A DNA stretch of 64,000 nt from Burkholderiales bacterium (GTDB lineage Bacteria > Pseudomonadota > Gammaproteobacteria > Burkholderiales > Eutrophovitaceae): positions 23,312 through 87,311 of the forward strand of contig JBBDIL010000020.1 of the NCBI GenBank assembly GCA_040880425.1. The letters run 5' to 3'. The position numbers and the translations under genes are program-made. The notes below the pieces were generated by a model. It had not been told where the DNA came from. It searched no databases and saw nothing but the letters and a program-made list of their open reading frames with translations. Positions 30,865-41,831 of this stretch are shown here, piece by piece (position 1 is the first letter of the stretch; the number at the start of each line of letters is the position of its first letter).

Positions 30865-31866
30865 ATGAGCCAGCTGGAACAGATTGTCGCTGACGCAAGA
30901 GCCGCTTTTGCAGGCGCGTCCGATATGGCGCGCCTGGAGCAGACCAAGGCAAGGTTTCTCGGCAAGAATGGCGCACTGACCGAATTGCTGAAAGGCCTCG
31001 GCAAGCTCCCCGCAGAAGAACGCCGCACCGCAGGTGCCGGTATCAACCAGGCGAAGGAAACGATAGAACGCCTGCTGTCCGAACGCCGCGAGGAAATCGA
31101 GGCGCAATCGCTGGAAACCGAGTTGTCCCGGCAGGCTTTGGACGTCACTCTTCCCGGACGCGGCCGCGGACGCGGCGGAATTCATCCTGTCATTCGCACG
31201 TGGCAGCGGGTCGAATCGATTTTCCGCTCGATCGGCTTCGAGATCGCGGACGGTCCCGAGATCGAAACCGACTGGTACAACTTCACGGCGCTGAATCAGC
31301 CGGAAAATCATCCGGCGCGTTCGATGCACGATACGTTCTATGTGGAGGGCGGCTTCCTGCTGAGAACGCATACCAGCCCGATCCAGGTACGCCATGCGCG
31401 CTCGCATACGCCGCCGATCAAGGTAATCGCGCCGGGCAGGACCTATCGGGTGGACAGCGATGCCACGCACTCGCCGATGTTCCACCAGGTTGAGGGCTTG
31501 TGGATCGACGAGCACATCAGCTTCGCCAACCTGAAGGGCGTGTATACGGATTTTTTGCGCTGCTTCTTCGAGACCGATGAACTGCAGGTGCGATTCCGGC
31601 CATCGTTTTTCCCGTTCACCGAACCGTCGGCCGAGATCGATATGGCCTTCTCGAGCGGACCGCTGCGCGGTAAATGGCTCGAAATTTCAGGCGCCGGCCA
31701 GGTTCATCCGAACGTGGTTCGCAATTTCGGCCTCGACCCCGAGCAGCATATCGGATTTGCTTTCGGCAGCGGCCTCGAGCGGTTGACGATGCTCCGTTAT
31801 GGCATTAACGATCTGCGCCTGTTTTTCGAGGGCGATCTGCGTTTCCTGAAGCAGTTCAACCAATAA
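30865..31866 (+). CDS. pheS: Phenylalanyl-tRNA synthetase alpha subunit
   Basis: A 333-aa protein with class II motifs ([19 protein letters not shown]). Confidence 0.95.
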   Translation: MSQLEQIVADARAAFAGASDMARLEQTKARFLGKNGALTELLKGLGKLPAEERRTAGAGINQAKETIERLLSERREEIEAQSLETELSRQALDVTLPGRGRGRGGIHPVIRTWQRVESIFRSIGFEIADGPEIETDWYNFTALNQPENHPARSMHDTFYVEGGFLLRTHTSPIQVRHARSHTPPIKVIAPGRTYRVDSDATHSPMFHQVEGLWIDEHISFANLKGVYTDFLRCFFETDELQVRFRPSFFPFTEPSAEIDMAFSSGPLRGKWLEISGAGQVHPNVVRNFGLDPEQHIGFAFGSGLERLTMLRYGINDLRLFFEGDLRFLKQFNQ

Positions 31867-31867
31867 C

Positions 31868-34282
31868 ATGCAATTTTCCGAAAGCTGGCTGCGATCGCTG
31901 GTCAATCCGTCTCTGTCCACGGACGAACTCGCTCATCTGCTGACGATGTCGGGCCTTGAGGTGGAAGAAAGCCGCCGGGTCGCGCCGCCATTTTCCGACG
32001 TGGTGGTCGGTGAAATCCTCAGGGCCGAGAAGCACCCGAACGCCGACCGGTTGACGGTGTGTGAGGTCGATACCGGCAAGCGCGGACGGTTCAGCATCGT
32101 CTGTGGAGCGCCGAACGCCGCAGCCGGAATGAAAGTGGCATGCGCACTGGTCGGCGCAAGGCTTCCCGGCGAGACACCGGACAAACCGTTCGTGATCAAG
32201 ACCGCCGCCATGCGTGGCGTGGAGAGCCGCGGCATGCTCTGCTCGGCGCGCGAACTGGGCCTGTCGGACGACCACAGCGGATTGCTGAAACTCCCGGAGG
32301 ACGCTGCGCTTGGGCGCGACGTGCGCGAAGTCCTGGAACTGGATGACACCGTTTTCATCATCAAGCTCACGCCCAACCGCGCCGACTGCCTCTCGGTGCT
32401 CGGCATCGCCCGGGAGGTTTCGGCGCTGACCGGTACTCCCCTGCGGGCGCTTCGGATCCCGCAGGTACCGGCTGCAATCGATGCCGTGTTCCCGGTGCGC
32501 ATTTCCGACCCGGACGGATGCGGTCGTTTCACCGGCCGCGTGGTACGCGGCGTGAACGCAGCCGCGGCCACACCGGAATGGATGAAGCGGCGGCTGGAAG
32601 CGGCAGGGCAGCGTTCCATCTCGGCACTGGTCGACGTCACCAACTACGTCATGCTCGAACTCGGCCGGCCATTGCATGTTTACGATCTGTCCCGGCTGCG
32701 CGAGGGCATCGACGTGCGTTTCGGGCGCAAAGGCGAAAGCCTGAAGCTGCTGAACGAACAGACGGTCGAGCTGGACGAAGACGTGCTTGCGATCACCGAT
32801 GCCAGCGGTCCGATCGGGCTCGCCGGCATCATGGGCGGAGACAGCACCAAGGCGGAACTCGATACCCGCGATGTGTTCCTGGAGGCGGCATTCTTCTTTC
32901 CCGACGCGATTGCCGGACGGGCGCGCCGCTACAACTTCACCAGCGACGCATCGCACCGTTTCGAGCGCGGTGTGGATTTCGAGAATAACGTCGACGGCAT
33001 CGAACGCGTGACACGGCTCATCCTCGATATCTGCGGCGGCGAACCGGGTCCGGTAACGGACACCGTGGCGCGGTTGCCGAAACGGCAGCCGGTGCGGCTG
33101 CGGGCGAAGCGCGCAAGGAAGGTGATCGGCGTGCCGGTCGAAGCGCAGGAAATCGCCGGCATGCTCGAGCGGCTCCAGCTCGGGTTCACGCGCGATGGCT
33201 CCGCGGGGGATGAGATTTTCACGGTGACTCCGCCTTCGTATCGCTTCGACATCGAAATCGAGGAAGATCTGATCGAGGAGGTTGCGCGCCTGTACGGTTA
33301 CGAGCGCATTCCGGCCGCGCCTCCACTGGTGCCGGCACGCATGCTGCGGGATCGTGAAACTTGCCGGTCTCAACACGACCTGCGGTTCCTGCTGGCGGCT
33401 GCCGACTACCAGGAGGTGGTCAATTACAGTTTCGTGGACGCAGCGTGGGAGTCGGACCTCGCCGGCAACGGCGATCCAATCCGGCTGCTCAATCCGATCG
33501 CGAGCCAGTTGGCGATGATGCGTTCATCGCTCATCGGCGGGCTGCTTGCCAACATACGCTACAACCTGAACCGCAAGCTCGCGCGGATAAGAGTGTTCGA
33601 GATCGGGCGCGTGTTTCTGCGCGATCCGTCCGTTGCGGAAAGCGGGTTGGAAGTATCCGGGATTCGGCAGCCAACACGGCTGGCAGCCGCCGCATACGGG
33701 CCGCTGATGGAAGAGCAATGGGGGGCGCCGACGCGGACGGTGGACTTCTTCGACGTCAAGTCCGACCTCGAAACCCTGCTGGCGCCTCGCAATGTCGAAT
33801 TCGAGCCGGCTTTGCACCCTGCATTGCATCCCGGCCGCAGCGCGAAAGTGCTGTTCGAGAACGAGCCTATCGGCTGGATCGGCGAACTTCATCCCAGATG
33901 GCAGAAGAAATACGAGCTTCCGGAGTCGGTCGTGCTGTTCGAACTGGATGCGGCACCCTTGCTGTCAGTGGCGCTGCCTCGATACTGGGAGGTGTCGAAG
34001 TATCCACCGGTGCGACGCGATATTGCCGTCGTGATCGACGAAAATGTCCCGGTCCAGAGCCTTTTGAGTGGTCTGACCAGGGTCCGGGCTGACATTGTCG
34101 AGGACATTTCCGTGTTCGATGTGTATCGTGGGAAAGGGATCGAGCAGGGAAAAAAAGGTCTTGCTTTCCGTGTGTTATTGCAAGATACTCAAAAAACTCT
34201 CACCGATTCCGAGGTGGACGCCGCGGTTGCGCGTCTGCGTGAGGTCCTGGAAAAAGAATACGGTGCCGAGCTCAGAAAATAA
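31868..34282 (+). CDS. pheT: Phenylalanyl-tRNA synthetase beta subunit
   Basis: An 804-aa protein with an N-terminal tRNA-binding domain (MQFSESWLR...) and B3/4, B5 and FDX-ACB regions. Confidence 0.95.
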   Translation: MQFSESWLRSLVNPSLSTDELAHLLTMSGLEVEESRRVAPPFSDVVVGEILRAEKHPNADRLTVCEVDTGKRGRFSIVCGAPNAAAGMKVACALVGARLPGETPDKPFVIKTAAMRGVESRGMLCSARELGLSDDHSGLLKLPEDAALGRDVREVLELDDTVFIIKLTPNRADCLSVLGIAREVSALTGTPLRALRIPQVPAAIDAVFPVRISDPDGCGRFTGRVVRGVNAAAATPEWMKRRLEAAGQRSISALVDVTNYVMLELGRPLHVYDLSRLREGIDVRFGRKGESLKLLNEQTVELDEDVLAITDASGPIGLAGIMGGDSTKAELDTRDVFLEAAFFFPDAIAGRARRYNFTSDASHRFERGVDFENNVDGIERVTRLILDICGGEPGPVTDTVARLPKRQPVRLRAKRARKVIGVPVEAQEIAGMLERLQLGFTRDGSAGDEIFTVTPPSYRFDIEIEEDLIEEVARLYGYERIPAAPPLVPARMLRDRETCRSQHDLRFLLAAADYQEVVNYSFVDAAWESDLAGNGDPIRLLNPIASQLAMMRSSLIGGLLANIRYNLNRKLARIRVFEIGRVFLRDPSVAESGLEVSGIRQPTRLAAAAYGPLMEEQWGAPTRTVDFFDVKSDLETLLAPRNVEFEPALHPALHPGRSAKVLFENEPIGWIGELHPRWQKKYELPESVVLFELDAAPLLSVALPRYWEVSKYPPVRRDIAVVIDENVPVQSLLSGLTRVRADIVEDISVFDVYRGKGIEQGKKGLAFRVLLQDTQKTLTDSEVDAAVARLREVLEKEYGAELRK

Positions 34283-34291
34283 GGGGAACCC

Positions 34292-34618
34292 ATGACTCTC
34301 ACCAAGGCTGATCTGGCGGATCTGCTGTTTGAGAAAGTCGGCTTGAACAAGCGGGAAGCGAAGGACATGGTCGAATCCTTTTTCGAGGAAGTGCGCTCCG
34401 CTCTGGAGCGGGGAGAGGGGGTGAAGCTGTCGGGCTTTGGCAATTTCCAGTTGCGGGACAAGCCGCAGCGGCCCGGGCGCAATCCTAAGACTGGGGAAGA
34501 GATTCCAATCACGGCGCGTCGCGTCGTCACCTTCCACGCCAGCCAGAAACTCAAGGCGATGGTGGAAAAGAACTATGATGGAGAGCAGCAGCAACCACAG
34601 CACCAGCAACAGCCGTAA
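34292..34618 (+). CDS. ihfA: Integration host factor alpha subunit
   Basis: [28 protein letters not shown]...[12 protein letters not shown], with a Gln-rich C-terminal tail. Confidence 0.9.
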   Translation: MTLTKADLADLLFEKVGLNKREAKDMVESFFEEVRSALERGEGVKLSGFGNFQLRDKPQRPGRNPKTGEEIPITARRVVTFHASQKLKAMVEKNYDGEQQQPQHQQQP

Positions 34619-34961
34619 GACGCCGCTGCCTCCCATCCCCGCCAAGCGTTACTTCACGATCGGCGAAGTGAGCGAATTGTGTGGCGTGAAGCCGCACGTG
34701 CTTCGCTACTGGGAACAGGAGTTCACGCAGCTCAAACCGGTAAAGCGCCGAGGCAACCGGCGCTATTATCAGCACCACGAAGTGTTGCTGATCCGCCGTA
34801 TCCGTGAACTACTGTACGAGCAGGGCTTCACCATCAGCGGCGCGCGCGCGCGGCTGGATCAGGCAGGCAGTCCGGACAAGGCGGGCGTCGCCGGCGCAGG
34901 CATCTCTCCATCCCATCTGCGCAGGGAAATCCAGACCATTCTCGAGCTGTTCCGCGCCTGA
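34575..34961 (+). CDS. MerR-family HTH transcriptional regulator
   Basis: [25 protein letters not shown] is a MerR-type HTH. ATG 34575 overlaps the ihfA 3' end by 44 nt. Confidence 0.75.
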   Translation: MMESSSNHSTSNSRKTPLPPIPAKRYFTIGEVSELCGVKPHVLRYWEQEFTQLKPVKRRGNRRYYQHHEVLLIRRIRELLYEQGFTISGARARLDQAGSPDKAGVAGAGISPSHLRREIQTILELFRA

Positions 34962-35008
34962 TACTGCGGCGTTGCGCAGAAACCGTCTGTTATAATCGAG
35001 CGTCTTCT

Positions 35009-35085
35009 CGGGGCGTAGCGCAGCCTGGTAGCGTACCTGCATGGGGTGCAGGTGGTCGCAGGTTCAAATCCTGCCGCCCCGACCA
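35009..35085 (+). tRNA. tRNA-Pro (anticodon GGG)
   Basis: I folded the cloverleaf manually: acceptor CGGGGCG/CGCCCCG, anticodon stem CCTGC/GCAGG, loop ATGGGGT, T-loop TTCAAAT, encoded CCA. TATAAT at 34991-34996 lies upstream. Confidence 0.9.
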
Positions 35086-35211
35086 ATCCGCCACTGCGAG
35101 GCGAGAAAAGCCGTTTGACGACGCGAGGAATGATCAGACAGAAAAGTACTTGCCCGGGTCTGTCGTTGGTCGCATCGTTCGATATTCCGCCGCTGCGTAT
35201 CCTGCTTCGCA

Positions 35212-35982
35212 ATGCGTGTACTCCTCAGTAACGACGACGGTTATTTCGCTCCCGGGCTTGCCGCGCTGGCAGAAGCGATCTCGCGACTTGCCGAGGTGAT
35301 TGTGGTCGCACCTGAACGCGATCGCAGCGGTGCCAGCAATTCCCTGACCCTGGACCGGCCGCTCGCCGTCAAACGCTCCCACAGCGGATTCTTCTACGTC
35401 AACGGTACGCCGACCGACTGCGTGCACCTTGCCGTTACCGGGCTGCTCGACCGCTTGCCCGACATGGTCGTATCCGGAATCAATCACGGCGCCAACATGG
35501 GCGACGACACCATCTATTCCGGGACGGTGGCAGCCGCCACCGAGGGATTTCTGCTGGGTATTCCCTCGATCGCAGTTTCGCTCGCCAGCAAGCAGGGCGG
35601 AAACTATCCGGCAGCGGCACGCGTCGCCTGCGAGCTGATAGAGCGGTTCCAGCGCAGTCCCATACCGTTTCCGGTGCTGTTCAACGTAAACGTGCCGGAT
35701 ATTCCCTACGAGAACTTCAAGGGTGTCGACGTCACCCGCCTGGGCCGCCGGCACAAGGCGGAAGGTGTAGTCAAGACCGTGAACCCGCGCGGCGAGACGG
35801 TGTACTGGATCGGCGCAGCCGGAGACGCGCAGGACGCCGGCGAGGGCACGGATTTCCATGCCGTCGTCAGTAATCGGGTGTCGATTACGCCGCTGCAGGT
35901 GGACCTGACCCAGTACGCGAACCTGGACAGCGTGCGCCAGTGGCTGAAGGAGCCGCATGCAGAACCGGCGGCAGCGCGATGA
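35212..35982 (+). CDS. surE: 5'/3'-nucleotidase SurE
   Basis: [16 protein letters not shown]... and [21 protein letters not shown]. Confidence 0.9.
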   Translation: MRVLLSNDDGYFAPGLAALAEAISRLAEVIVVAPERDRSGASNSLTLDRPLAVKRSHSGFFYVNGTPTDCVHLAVTGLLDRLPDMVVSGINHGANMGDDTIYSGTVAAATEGFLLGIPSIAVSLASKQGGNYPAAARVACELIERFQRSPIPFPVLFNVNVPDIPYENFKGVDVTRLGRRHKAEGVVKTVNPRGETVYWIGAAGDAQDAGEGTDFHAVVSNRVSITPLQVDLTQYANLDSVRQWLKEPHAEPAAAR

Positions 35983-36638
35983 ACACGCGCCTGTCCGGAA
36001 TCGGCATGACCTCGCAGCGAACCCGCCTGCGGATGATCGAGCGGCTGCGGGAGCAGGGGATCGTGGACGAAGTGGTCCTGGACGCGATGGGCGAAGTCCC
36101 GCGGCACATCTTTGTCGACGAGGCGCTCGCGAGCCGCGCCTACGACGACGTGTCGCTGCCGATCGGTTTCGGCCAGACCATTTCCAATCCGTTCACGGTT
36201 GCGCGCCAGGTCGAGGTCGCACGTGCGGGACAGGCGATCGGAAAGGTACTCGAGATCGGCACCGGTTGCGGCTATCAGACCGCGGTGCTGTCGCGGGTAG
36301 CGCGCGAAGTGTATTCGATCGAACGCATCGCCGGTTTGCTGCGGCGTGCGCGCGTGCGGCTTCGCGAACTGAACTGCCGCAATGTCAGGGTGAAGCATGG
36401 CGACGGGCGCATCGGTTTCAGCGATGCAGGACCTTTCGATGCCATCGTGTTGTCTGCAGCCGCAGCGCACATTCCTGAAGAACTGATCGAACAGCTGGTC
36501 GACGGCGGACGCCTGGTGCTGCCATTGGGCACCCGCGACCAGCGGCTGGTGCTGGTGACGCGAACCCCGGGCGGTTTCGAGCAGTCTGTACTGGACGAGG
36601 TCAATTTCGTGCCACTGCTGGCCGGTACTTCTGCATGA
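35979..36638 (+). CDS. pcm: Protein-L-isoaspartate O-methyltransferase
   Basis: [11 protein letters not shown] and [14 protein letters not shown] motifs. ATGA overlap with surE. Confidence 0.9.
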   Translation: MNTRLSGIGMTSQRTRLRMIERLREQGIVDEVVLDAMGEVPRHIFVDEALASRAYDDVSLPIGFGQTISNPFTVARQVEVARAGQAIGKVLEIGTGCGYQTAVLSRVAREVYSIERIAGLLRRARVRLRELNCRNVRVKHGDGRIGFSDAGPFDAIVLSAAAAHIPEELIEQLVDGGRLVLPLGTRDQRLVLVTRTPGGFEQSVLDEVNFVPLLAGTSA

Positions 36639-37795
36639 TCGGATTTTCTTCATGGCTGCGCGCATTCGCGGGCGTCGGGCTTCTGTTGCTGGCGGCATGC
36701 GCGTCCACGCATGTGGCGGCACCCATCGTGGATCGCTCCGCCTCGCCGGTTGACGAGTCAGGCACACAGAGCGTCCAGTCGGCGGTCGCAACGCCGAAGC
36801 CGGCGCCACCCGCCCCTGCGCCCGCCCCTGCACCTGCGCCTGCGCCCGTAAAGCGCGAGCAAGCAGCTGCGCCGACCGTGCGAGCGGTGCAGGAAACCGC
36901 GGTGCGCGAAGTGGCGGCGCCACGTCCCGCGCCCTCGCGTGAAGTCGAGAGACCGGTCATACGCCCGTATCGCGAAGGCGACTGGCGCCCCGAGTTTTAC
37001 ACCGTCAAGCGCGGAGATACGCTGTACAGCATCGCGCTGGATCACGGGCAGGATTACCGCGATCTTGCCGCCTGGAACAGCCTTGCCGATCCGGCCTACA
37101 TCCAGATTGGCCAGCGGCTGCGGTTGTTTCCTGCGGGTGGGACGGCCGAACCGGTTTCACCCGAGCCCGTGGCACTGCCGCCGGCGAGCCTGCCTGCGGC
37201 AGCGGTGGCGGAACAGGTCGCACGGGAAATCCCGTCGTTCAGCGAACCGAAGGTCCGCAAGCTGCCTTATTCAGAACAGGCTGTCGCCGAGCTCGGTGCG
37301 CCGCATACGGCGAAACCCGCTCCCGCTGTCGCCGCGGCACCGAAGCCGGAACCGCCCAGGGCCGCCGCACCGGTCGCGCCGGCGCAGGTGCAAGCCGGTG
37401 TAAGCGGAATGCGCGACGAACGGCTCGCCTGGGAATGGCCCGCAAACGGCAGGATTCGCTACGGCTTTGGGCAGGGATCGAACCAGAAAGGCGTCGGCAT
37501 CGACGGCACGAAAGGACAGCCGGTCGTCGCCAGTGCGCCGGGGCGTGTCGTTTACAGCGGCAGCGGACTGAGAGGCTACGGCAATCTTGTTATCATCAAG
37601 CACAATCCGACTTACCTGAGCGTATACGCGCACAATAGCCAGCTGCTGGTGAAGGAAGGCCAGTCCGTGGCACAGGGACAGAAGATCGCAGAAATGGGAG
37701 ATTCCGACAGCGACCGCGTTACGCTGCATTTCGAGATCCGGCGGCTCGGCAAACCGGTTGATCCGCTGCGGCATCTGCCGAAGAATGCTTCATGA
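36635..37795 (+). CDS. nlpD: LysM/M23-peptidase lipoprotein NlpD
   Basis: Lipobox LLAAC, a Pro-Ala linker (36800-36847), a LysM domain ([13 protein letters not shown]), and an M23 domain at the C-terminus. ATGA overlap with pcm. Confidence 0.85.
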   Translation: MIGFSSWLRAFAGVGLLLLAACASTHVAAPIVDRSASPVDESGTQSVQSAVATPKPAPPAPAPAPAPAPAPVKREQAAAPTVRAVQETAVREVAAPRPAPSREVERPVIRPYREGDWRPEFYTVKRGDTLYSIALDHGQDYRDLAAWNSLADPAYIQIGQRLRLFPAGGTAEPVSPEPVALPPASLPAAAVAEQVAREIPSFSEPKVRKLPYSEQAVAELGAPHTAKPAPAVAAAPKPEPPRAAAPVAPAQVQAGVSGMRDERLAWEWPANGRIRYGFGQGSNQKGVGIDGTKGQPVVASAPGRVVYSGSGLRGYGNLVIIKHNPTYLSVYAHNSQLLVKEGQSVAQGQKIAEMGDSDSDRVTLHFEIRRLGKPVDPLRHLPKNAS

Positions 37796-38712
37796 ACGAT
37801 GACGACCTGCCGACCGGGCTAGAGGAAGAAGAAACGGACGGGCCTGAGAAAGGCGAGCGCGAAAATTTTCCAAGCGCGGATCTGCTGCGCGATGTCACTC
37901 AGCTCTACTTCAACGACATCGGCCAGAACCACCTGCTGACGATCGACGAAGAGCAGGCCTACGCGCGGCTTGCCAGGGGCGGCGATTTCGATGCCCGGCA
38001 GAAGATGATCGAGCACAACCTGCGGCTGGTGGTCAACGTGGCGAAACACTACTCGGGCCGCGGCCTGCAGCTCCTGGACCTGATCGAGGAAGGAAATCTC
38101 GGGCTGATCCATGCGCTGGAAAAATTCGACCCCGAGCGCGGATTCCGTTTCTCCACCTACGCCACCTGGTGGATCAGGCAATCGATCGAGCGCGCGATCA
38201 TGTACCAGTCGCGCACCATCCGCCTTCCCGTGCACGTTATCAAGGAACTGAATACCGTGTTGCGCGCCGCACGGCATCTGGAGACGCATTCCGCGCGCGA
38301 AGCATCGCCGGAAGACGTGGCGCACCTGCTCGGCTGGGAAGTCACGGAGGTCAGACGGCTGCTGTCCCTGAACGAGCGCATGGCTTCGCTCGATGCGCCG
38401 CTGGATGTCGATCCGATGCTTTCGGTGGGGGAGGCGATCGCGGACGACAATATGCTCGGCCCGGACGTCCAGCTCGAGAATGAAGAGATTGCTGAATACA
38501 TCAGGACCTGGCTCGGCCAGCTTTCCGATCGGCATCGCAGCGTGATCGAACAGCGCTATGGACTGAATGGTGCCGAGGTTCTGACCCTGGAGCAACTCGC
38601 GCAGCGCCTGGACCTGACCCGCGAGCGGGTACGGCAGATCCAGATCGAGGCGCTGACCAGCCTGCGCAGGATCCTCAAGCGCTTCGGCATGTCGCGCGAC
38701 ACGCTGCTCTAG
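37792..38712 (+). CDS. rpoS: Stationary-phase sigma factor RpoS
   Basis: Sigma70-family regions 1.2-4. The position after nlpD and the 306-aa size fit RpoS. Confidence 0.85.
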   Translation: MNDDDLPTGLEEEETDGPEKGERENFPSADLLRDVTQLYFNDIGQNHLLTIDEEQAYARLARGGDFDARQKMIEHNLRLVVNVAKHYSGRGLQLLDLIEEGNLGLIHALEKFDPERGFRFSTYATWWIRQSIERAIMYQSRTIRLPVHVIKELNTVLRAARHLETHSAREASPEDVAHLLGWEVTEVRRLLSLNERMASLDAPLDVDPMLSVGEAIADDNMLGPDVQLENEEIAEYIRTWLGQLSDRHRSVIEQRYGLNGAEVLTLEQLAQRLDLTRERVRQIQIEALTSLRRILKRFGMSRDTLL

Positions 38713-38841
38713 CGGGTTGCACCGGGATTGCTAGAGGCTGGATGCACCACCAGGGTGCCAAGGCATCAGGTTAAATCAGACAGACTGAATCACCCGGCGT
38801 CGTTGTGATTCCGGCACATTCCGTACGCCCTTCGTTTCAGC

Positions 38842-40791
38842 TCACCGCGCATCCACGGCTTTGCGCAACTGCTCGAGCTGGCGCGCATCCCGCTGTCCGC
38901 CGTAGCGCAGGCGGATATAGAGCGAGCCGATGCGCTCGATACGCTCCCGTGTCTCCGGAAACTGCGCGGCAATGCGCGCAGTGAAATCCCGCGGTCCCTC
39001 CCAGCTCCTCCGCGGTACGCCGCGCGCTGCCATCGTGTCGCAGAATTTCTGCCATGCGCGCTGCGCCGGATCGGAAGTGCGCCGTGCCAGCTTGCGCAGC
39101 ATGCCGAAAGCAAACACCAGCAGGATCGCGCCCGTAGCAAAAAACAGCACGATCACCATGTCACGCCAGGTAACGTTCGGCAGGCCGATGGAGGCGAAGA
39201 ACTGCGACTGGCGTTCCCTCGAATAGCCGAGTACCCACTGGTTCCAGGAATTGGTGACCGCGTCCCATGTGTGCCGGGCGGAACGCAGCCAGTTCACGCC
39301 AGTGCGGCGCAGCAGCGGCAGCGGGTCGGTCTCCGGTACCGCCCGCGAAACCCCGAACGAAACGCGGAACGGGGACACGACCGCGGTCGGATCGATGCGC
39401 ACCCAGCCCGCGCCTTCCAGCCAGACTTCCGTCCAGGCATGTGCCTCGGCCTGCCTTACCACGAGATAATCGTCCACCGGATTCATTTCGCCGCCGAGAT
39501 AGCCGGTGACGATACGCGTCGGGATGCCGGCCGCGCGCATCAGCACCGCGAAACTCGACGCATAGTGTTCGCAGAACCCGCTGCGCGTCTCGAACAGAAA
39601 CTGATCCACCGGATCGCCAGTGAGTTCCGGCGGCGCCAGCGTGTAGATGAAAGGCTGGTCGCGAAACATCTGCAACGCGCGCTCGATGATGGCGCGATCG
39701 TCGTCGGTTTCCGCGCGCCAGCTTTCGGCAAGCGCGCGTGCGCGGAGCGCGGCATCCGGCGGCAGTTGCAGTGCGCGCTGCAGTTGCCCGGGAACGGTTT
39801 CCTTGCCGATGCGGTACGCGAGCACCGACTGGCCGTCGTAGCGCCTGCGTTCGCGTACCGGACGGATCGACAGCACCTGGTAGTCGCGCGTCAGCACGCT
39901 GCCGGGCGGAAGCTGCGAGGGCAGATCGATCAGGAATAGCCACCGCTCCTCGTGCGGTTCCATGGTCACCGTATACCGCAGCGTGGGGCCCAGTGCCTCA
40001 TGCGCCGGCTCCGACATGGTGACCGGCGATCCGGTGCGCCAGGTGCGGCCGTCGTACGACCACATCACCGGCCCCCGCCAGTACAGTTCCGCCGGATTGT
40101 CCGGCGTGTCTTCGAACTGCACGCGGAACGCGATCTCGTCAGACAGCGATAGATCGGTGATGCTGCCGGGCGACATCGTGTCCGACAGACCGCTGCGTGC
40201 GGAGATCTGCGTCTGCGGCAGCCCCCACAAAGGACCCTGCACGCGCGGGAAGAGGATGAACAGCACCAGCATCACCGGCACCGACTGCATCAGCAGGGTG
40301 CCGGAGCCGCGGAACACGGTGCCGAACCGCGGAGGTGCGGCCGCATGCTGCAAGCTGACCATGGTGGCGGTGATCACCCAGATGGCGACGAGCGAATAGA
40401 TCGCGGTGACGATCGTCTGGCTATAGAAGAAGTTGGTGATGGTCAGGAAGTAAGCGAGCAGCACCACGATGAACACATCGCGCGAGCGCCGCATCTCCAG
40501 CAGCTTGAGCGATACCATTACCAGCAGCAGCGCCACCCCGGAATCGCGCCCGAACAGCGTGCGGTACGAGAGCAGTACGCCTCCGACCGCCAGCGCGGCT
40601 GCCAGCATGACCAGCCAGCCGGCGGGAAGTTTTCGCTGCTGCCAGCCGAGGTAGAAACGCAGCAGCAATGCAGTACTGCAGAATGCGACGATCCATCCCG
40701 GCACTCGCCCGGCATGCGGTGCCAGCACCACTGCAACGCTGACCAGTATTGCGGCCAGGTTATGCAGCGCGAGCGGTTTGTTGTCGTTCAT
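38842..40791 (-). CDS. Membrane transglutaminase-like protein (DUF3488 N-terminal TM region, Cys-His-Asp core, DUF4129-like C-terminus)
   Basis: It starts at MNDNKPLAL (ATG 40791). There are about 6 N-terminal TM helices, a catalytic region (SGFCEHYASSF ... AHAWTEVW ... RIDPT), and a C-terminal TM. The upstream part of the 795-aa track ORF overlaps the DUF58 gene in another frame. Confidence 0.75.
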   Translation of the reverse strand: MNDNKPLALHNLAAILVSVAVVLAPHAGRVPGWIVAFCSTALLLRFYLGWQQRKLPAGWLVMLAAALAVGGVLLSYRTLFGRDSGVALLLVMVSLKLLEMRRSRDVFIVVLLAYFLTITNFFYSQTIVTAIYSLVAIWVITATMVSLQHAAAPPRFGTVFRGSGTLLMQSVPVMLVLFILFPRVQGPLWGLPQTQISARSGLSDTMSPGSITDLSLSDEIAFRVQFEDTPDNPAELYWRGPVMWSYDGRTWRTGSPVTMSEPAHEALGPTLRYTVTMEPHEERWLFLIDLPSQLPPGSVLTRDYQVLSIRPVRERRRYDGQSVLAYRIGKETVPGQLQRALQLPPDAALRARALAESWRAETDDDRAIIERALQMFRDQPFIYTLAPPELTGDPVDQFLFETRSGFCEHYASSFAVLMRAAGIPTRIVTGYLGGEMNPVDDYLVVRQAEAHAWTEVWLEGAGWVRIDPTAVVSPFRVSFGVSRAVPETDPLPLLRRTGVNWLRSARHTWDAVTNSWNQWVLGYSRERQSQFFASIGLPNVTWRDMVIVLFFATGAILLVFAFGMLRKLARRTSDPAQRAWQKFCDTMAARGVPRRSWEGPRDFTARIAAQFPETRERIERIGSLYIRLRYGGQRDARQLEQLRKAVDAR

Positions 40792-41800
40792 CCGATGCAG
40801 TGTTGAACAGCGCGAGCGTTTCCAGCGCCAGCGCGCGTTGCGTTTCGCCGGCAGCCAGCGGCAATTCCGCGCCCGGCAGCCGCAGCCCATAGCGGTAGCC
40901 GGCCTGATGCGCGTCGACCACCCATCGCGCAAGCCGCGACAGGCGACCTTCCATACCGAGCGATTCCGGCGTGTCCGAATAATCCAGCCAGATTTCCGCA
41001 CCGGAAGAGCCCGAGAACTGCTTGGTGAAGAATCCCTGGCCCCGCGCCGTCGCTTTCCAAGCGATGCGCTTGGGCGGGTCGCCGGCATGGTAGGTGCGCA
41101 GGCCTGAGAAATCCTCGTCCCCGGTGCCGCTCGCCGAGCCGTCGCCCGAGGCTGCGACCGGCTGCGGCAACGGAACCGTTCCGGCTTCCGGGCGAGGATA
41201 GACGAGGCAGGCAAGCTCGAGTTCGACATTTGCCCAAGAATGGAACAGTCCCAGAGGATACGTGGTGTAGATGCGGAATCGTCCGGGACGGAACAGGCCG
41301 CGGCGCGAGGCGGTCAATGCCACTTCCACCTCGGTACTGCCTGCGGCAGGAACATCGAAACACGTCTGCAGGCGATCGCCAAAAGCGATCCACAGGCTGA
41401 CACGTGAAACCTGTCCGGGATTCTCGACCAGGATTCTGAATCGCGCGACGTCGCCCAGGAATGTCGGCTCGGATTTCCCGGCGCGCAGCCGCACGTGTGC
41501 AAGATTGCGCCAGGTATGCAGAATCGAGACGATGCCGGTGCCTGCCAGCAGGAAAGCGAGTCCGTAACCCAGTGCGAGGTTGTAGTTGATCGACCCGATC
41601 AGCATCAGTACCAGTGTCGCGGCAAACATCAGCCCGGCAGCCGTGGGCAGAATGTAGACGCGACGCTGCGTGAGTTGCACCGCGCCCGACTCGGGTCCCT
41701 TTGGTGGAAAGATCCAGTCGCCGATGCGATCGCGGATACCGAACGACGGCCATCGCGGCAGCAGGCCCAACGCAGAACCCAGAGAACCGGTTTTCTTCAT
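40760..41800 (-). CDS. DUF58-family protein (vWA-like fold, two N-terminal TM helices)
   Basis: A 346-aa protein with the motif region FSGLRTYHAGDPPKRIAWKATAR, typical of DUF58. It lies between the moxR and transglutaminase genes. Confidence 0.7.
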   Translation of the reverse strand: MKKTGSLGSALGLLPRWPSFGIRDRIGDWIFPPKGPESGAVQLTQRRVYILPTAAGLMFAATLVLMLIGSINYNLALGYGLAFLLAGTGIVSILHTWRNLAHVRLRAGKSEPTFLGDVARFRILVENPGQVSRVSLWIAFGDRLQTCFDVPAAGSTEVEVALTASRRGLFRPGRFRIYTTYPLGLFHSWANVELELACLVYPRPEAGTVPLPQPVAASGDGSASGTGDEDFSGLRTYHAGDPPKRIAWKATARGQGFFTKQFSGSSGAEIWLDYSDTPESLGMEGRLSRLARWVVDAHQAGYRYGLRLPGAELPLAAGETQRALALETLALFNTASDERQQTARAA

Positions 41801-41831
41801 GCGTACGCCCTGTTGAAAACAGCCGTTGCGC

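Noticed and set aside
36800-36847. A tandem Pro-Ala repeat ([16 protein letters not shown]) encoded by GCN-CCN repeats.
   Set aside because: It lies inside nlpD and is a typical low-complexity linker between the lipoprotein anchor and the LysM domain. It is not an independent repeat element.
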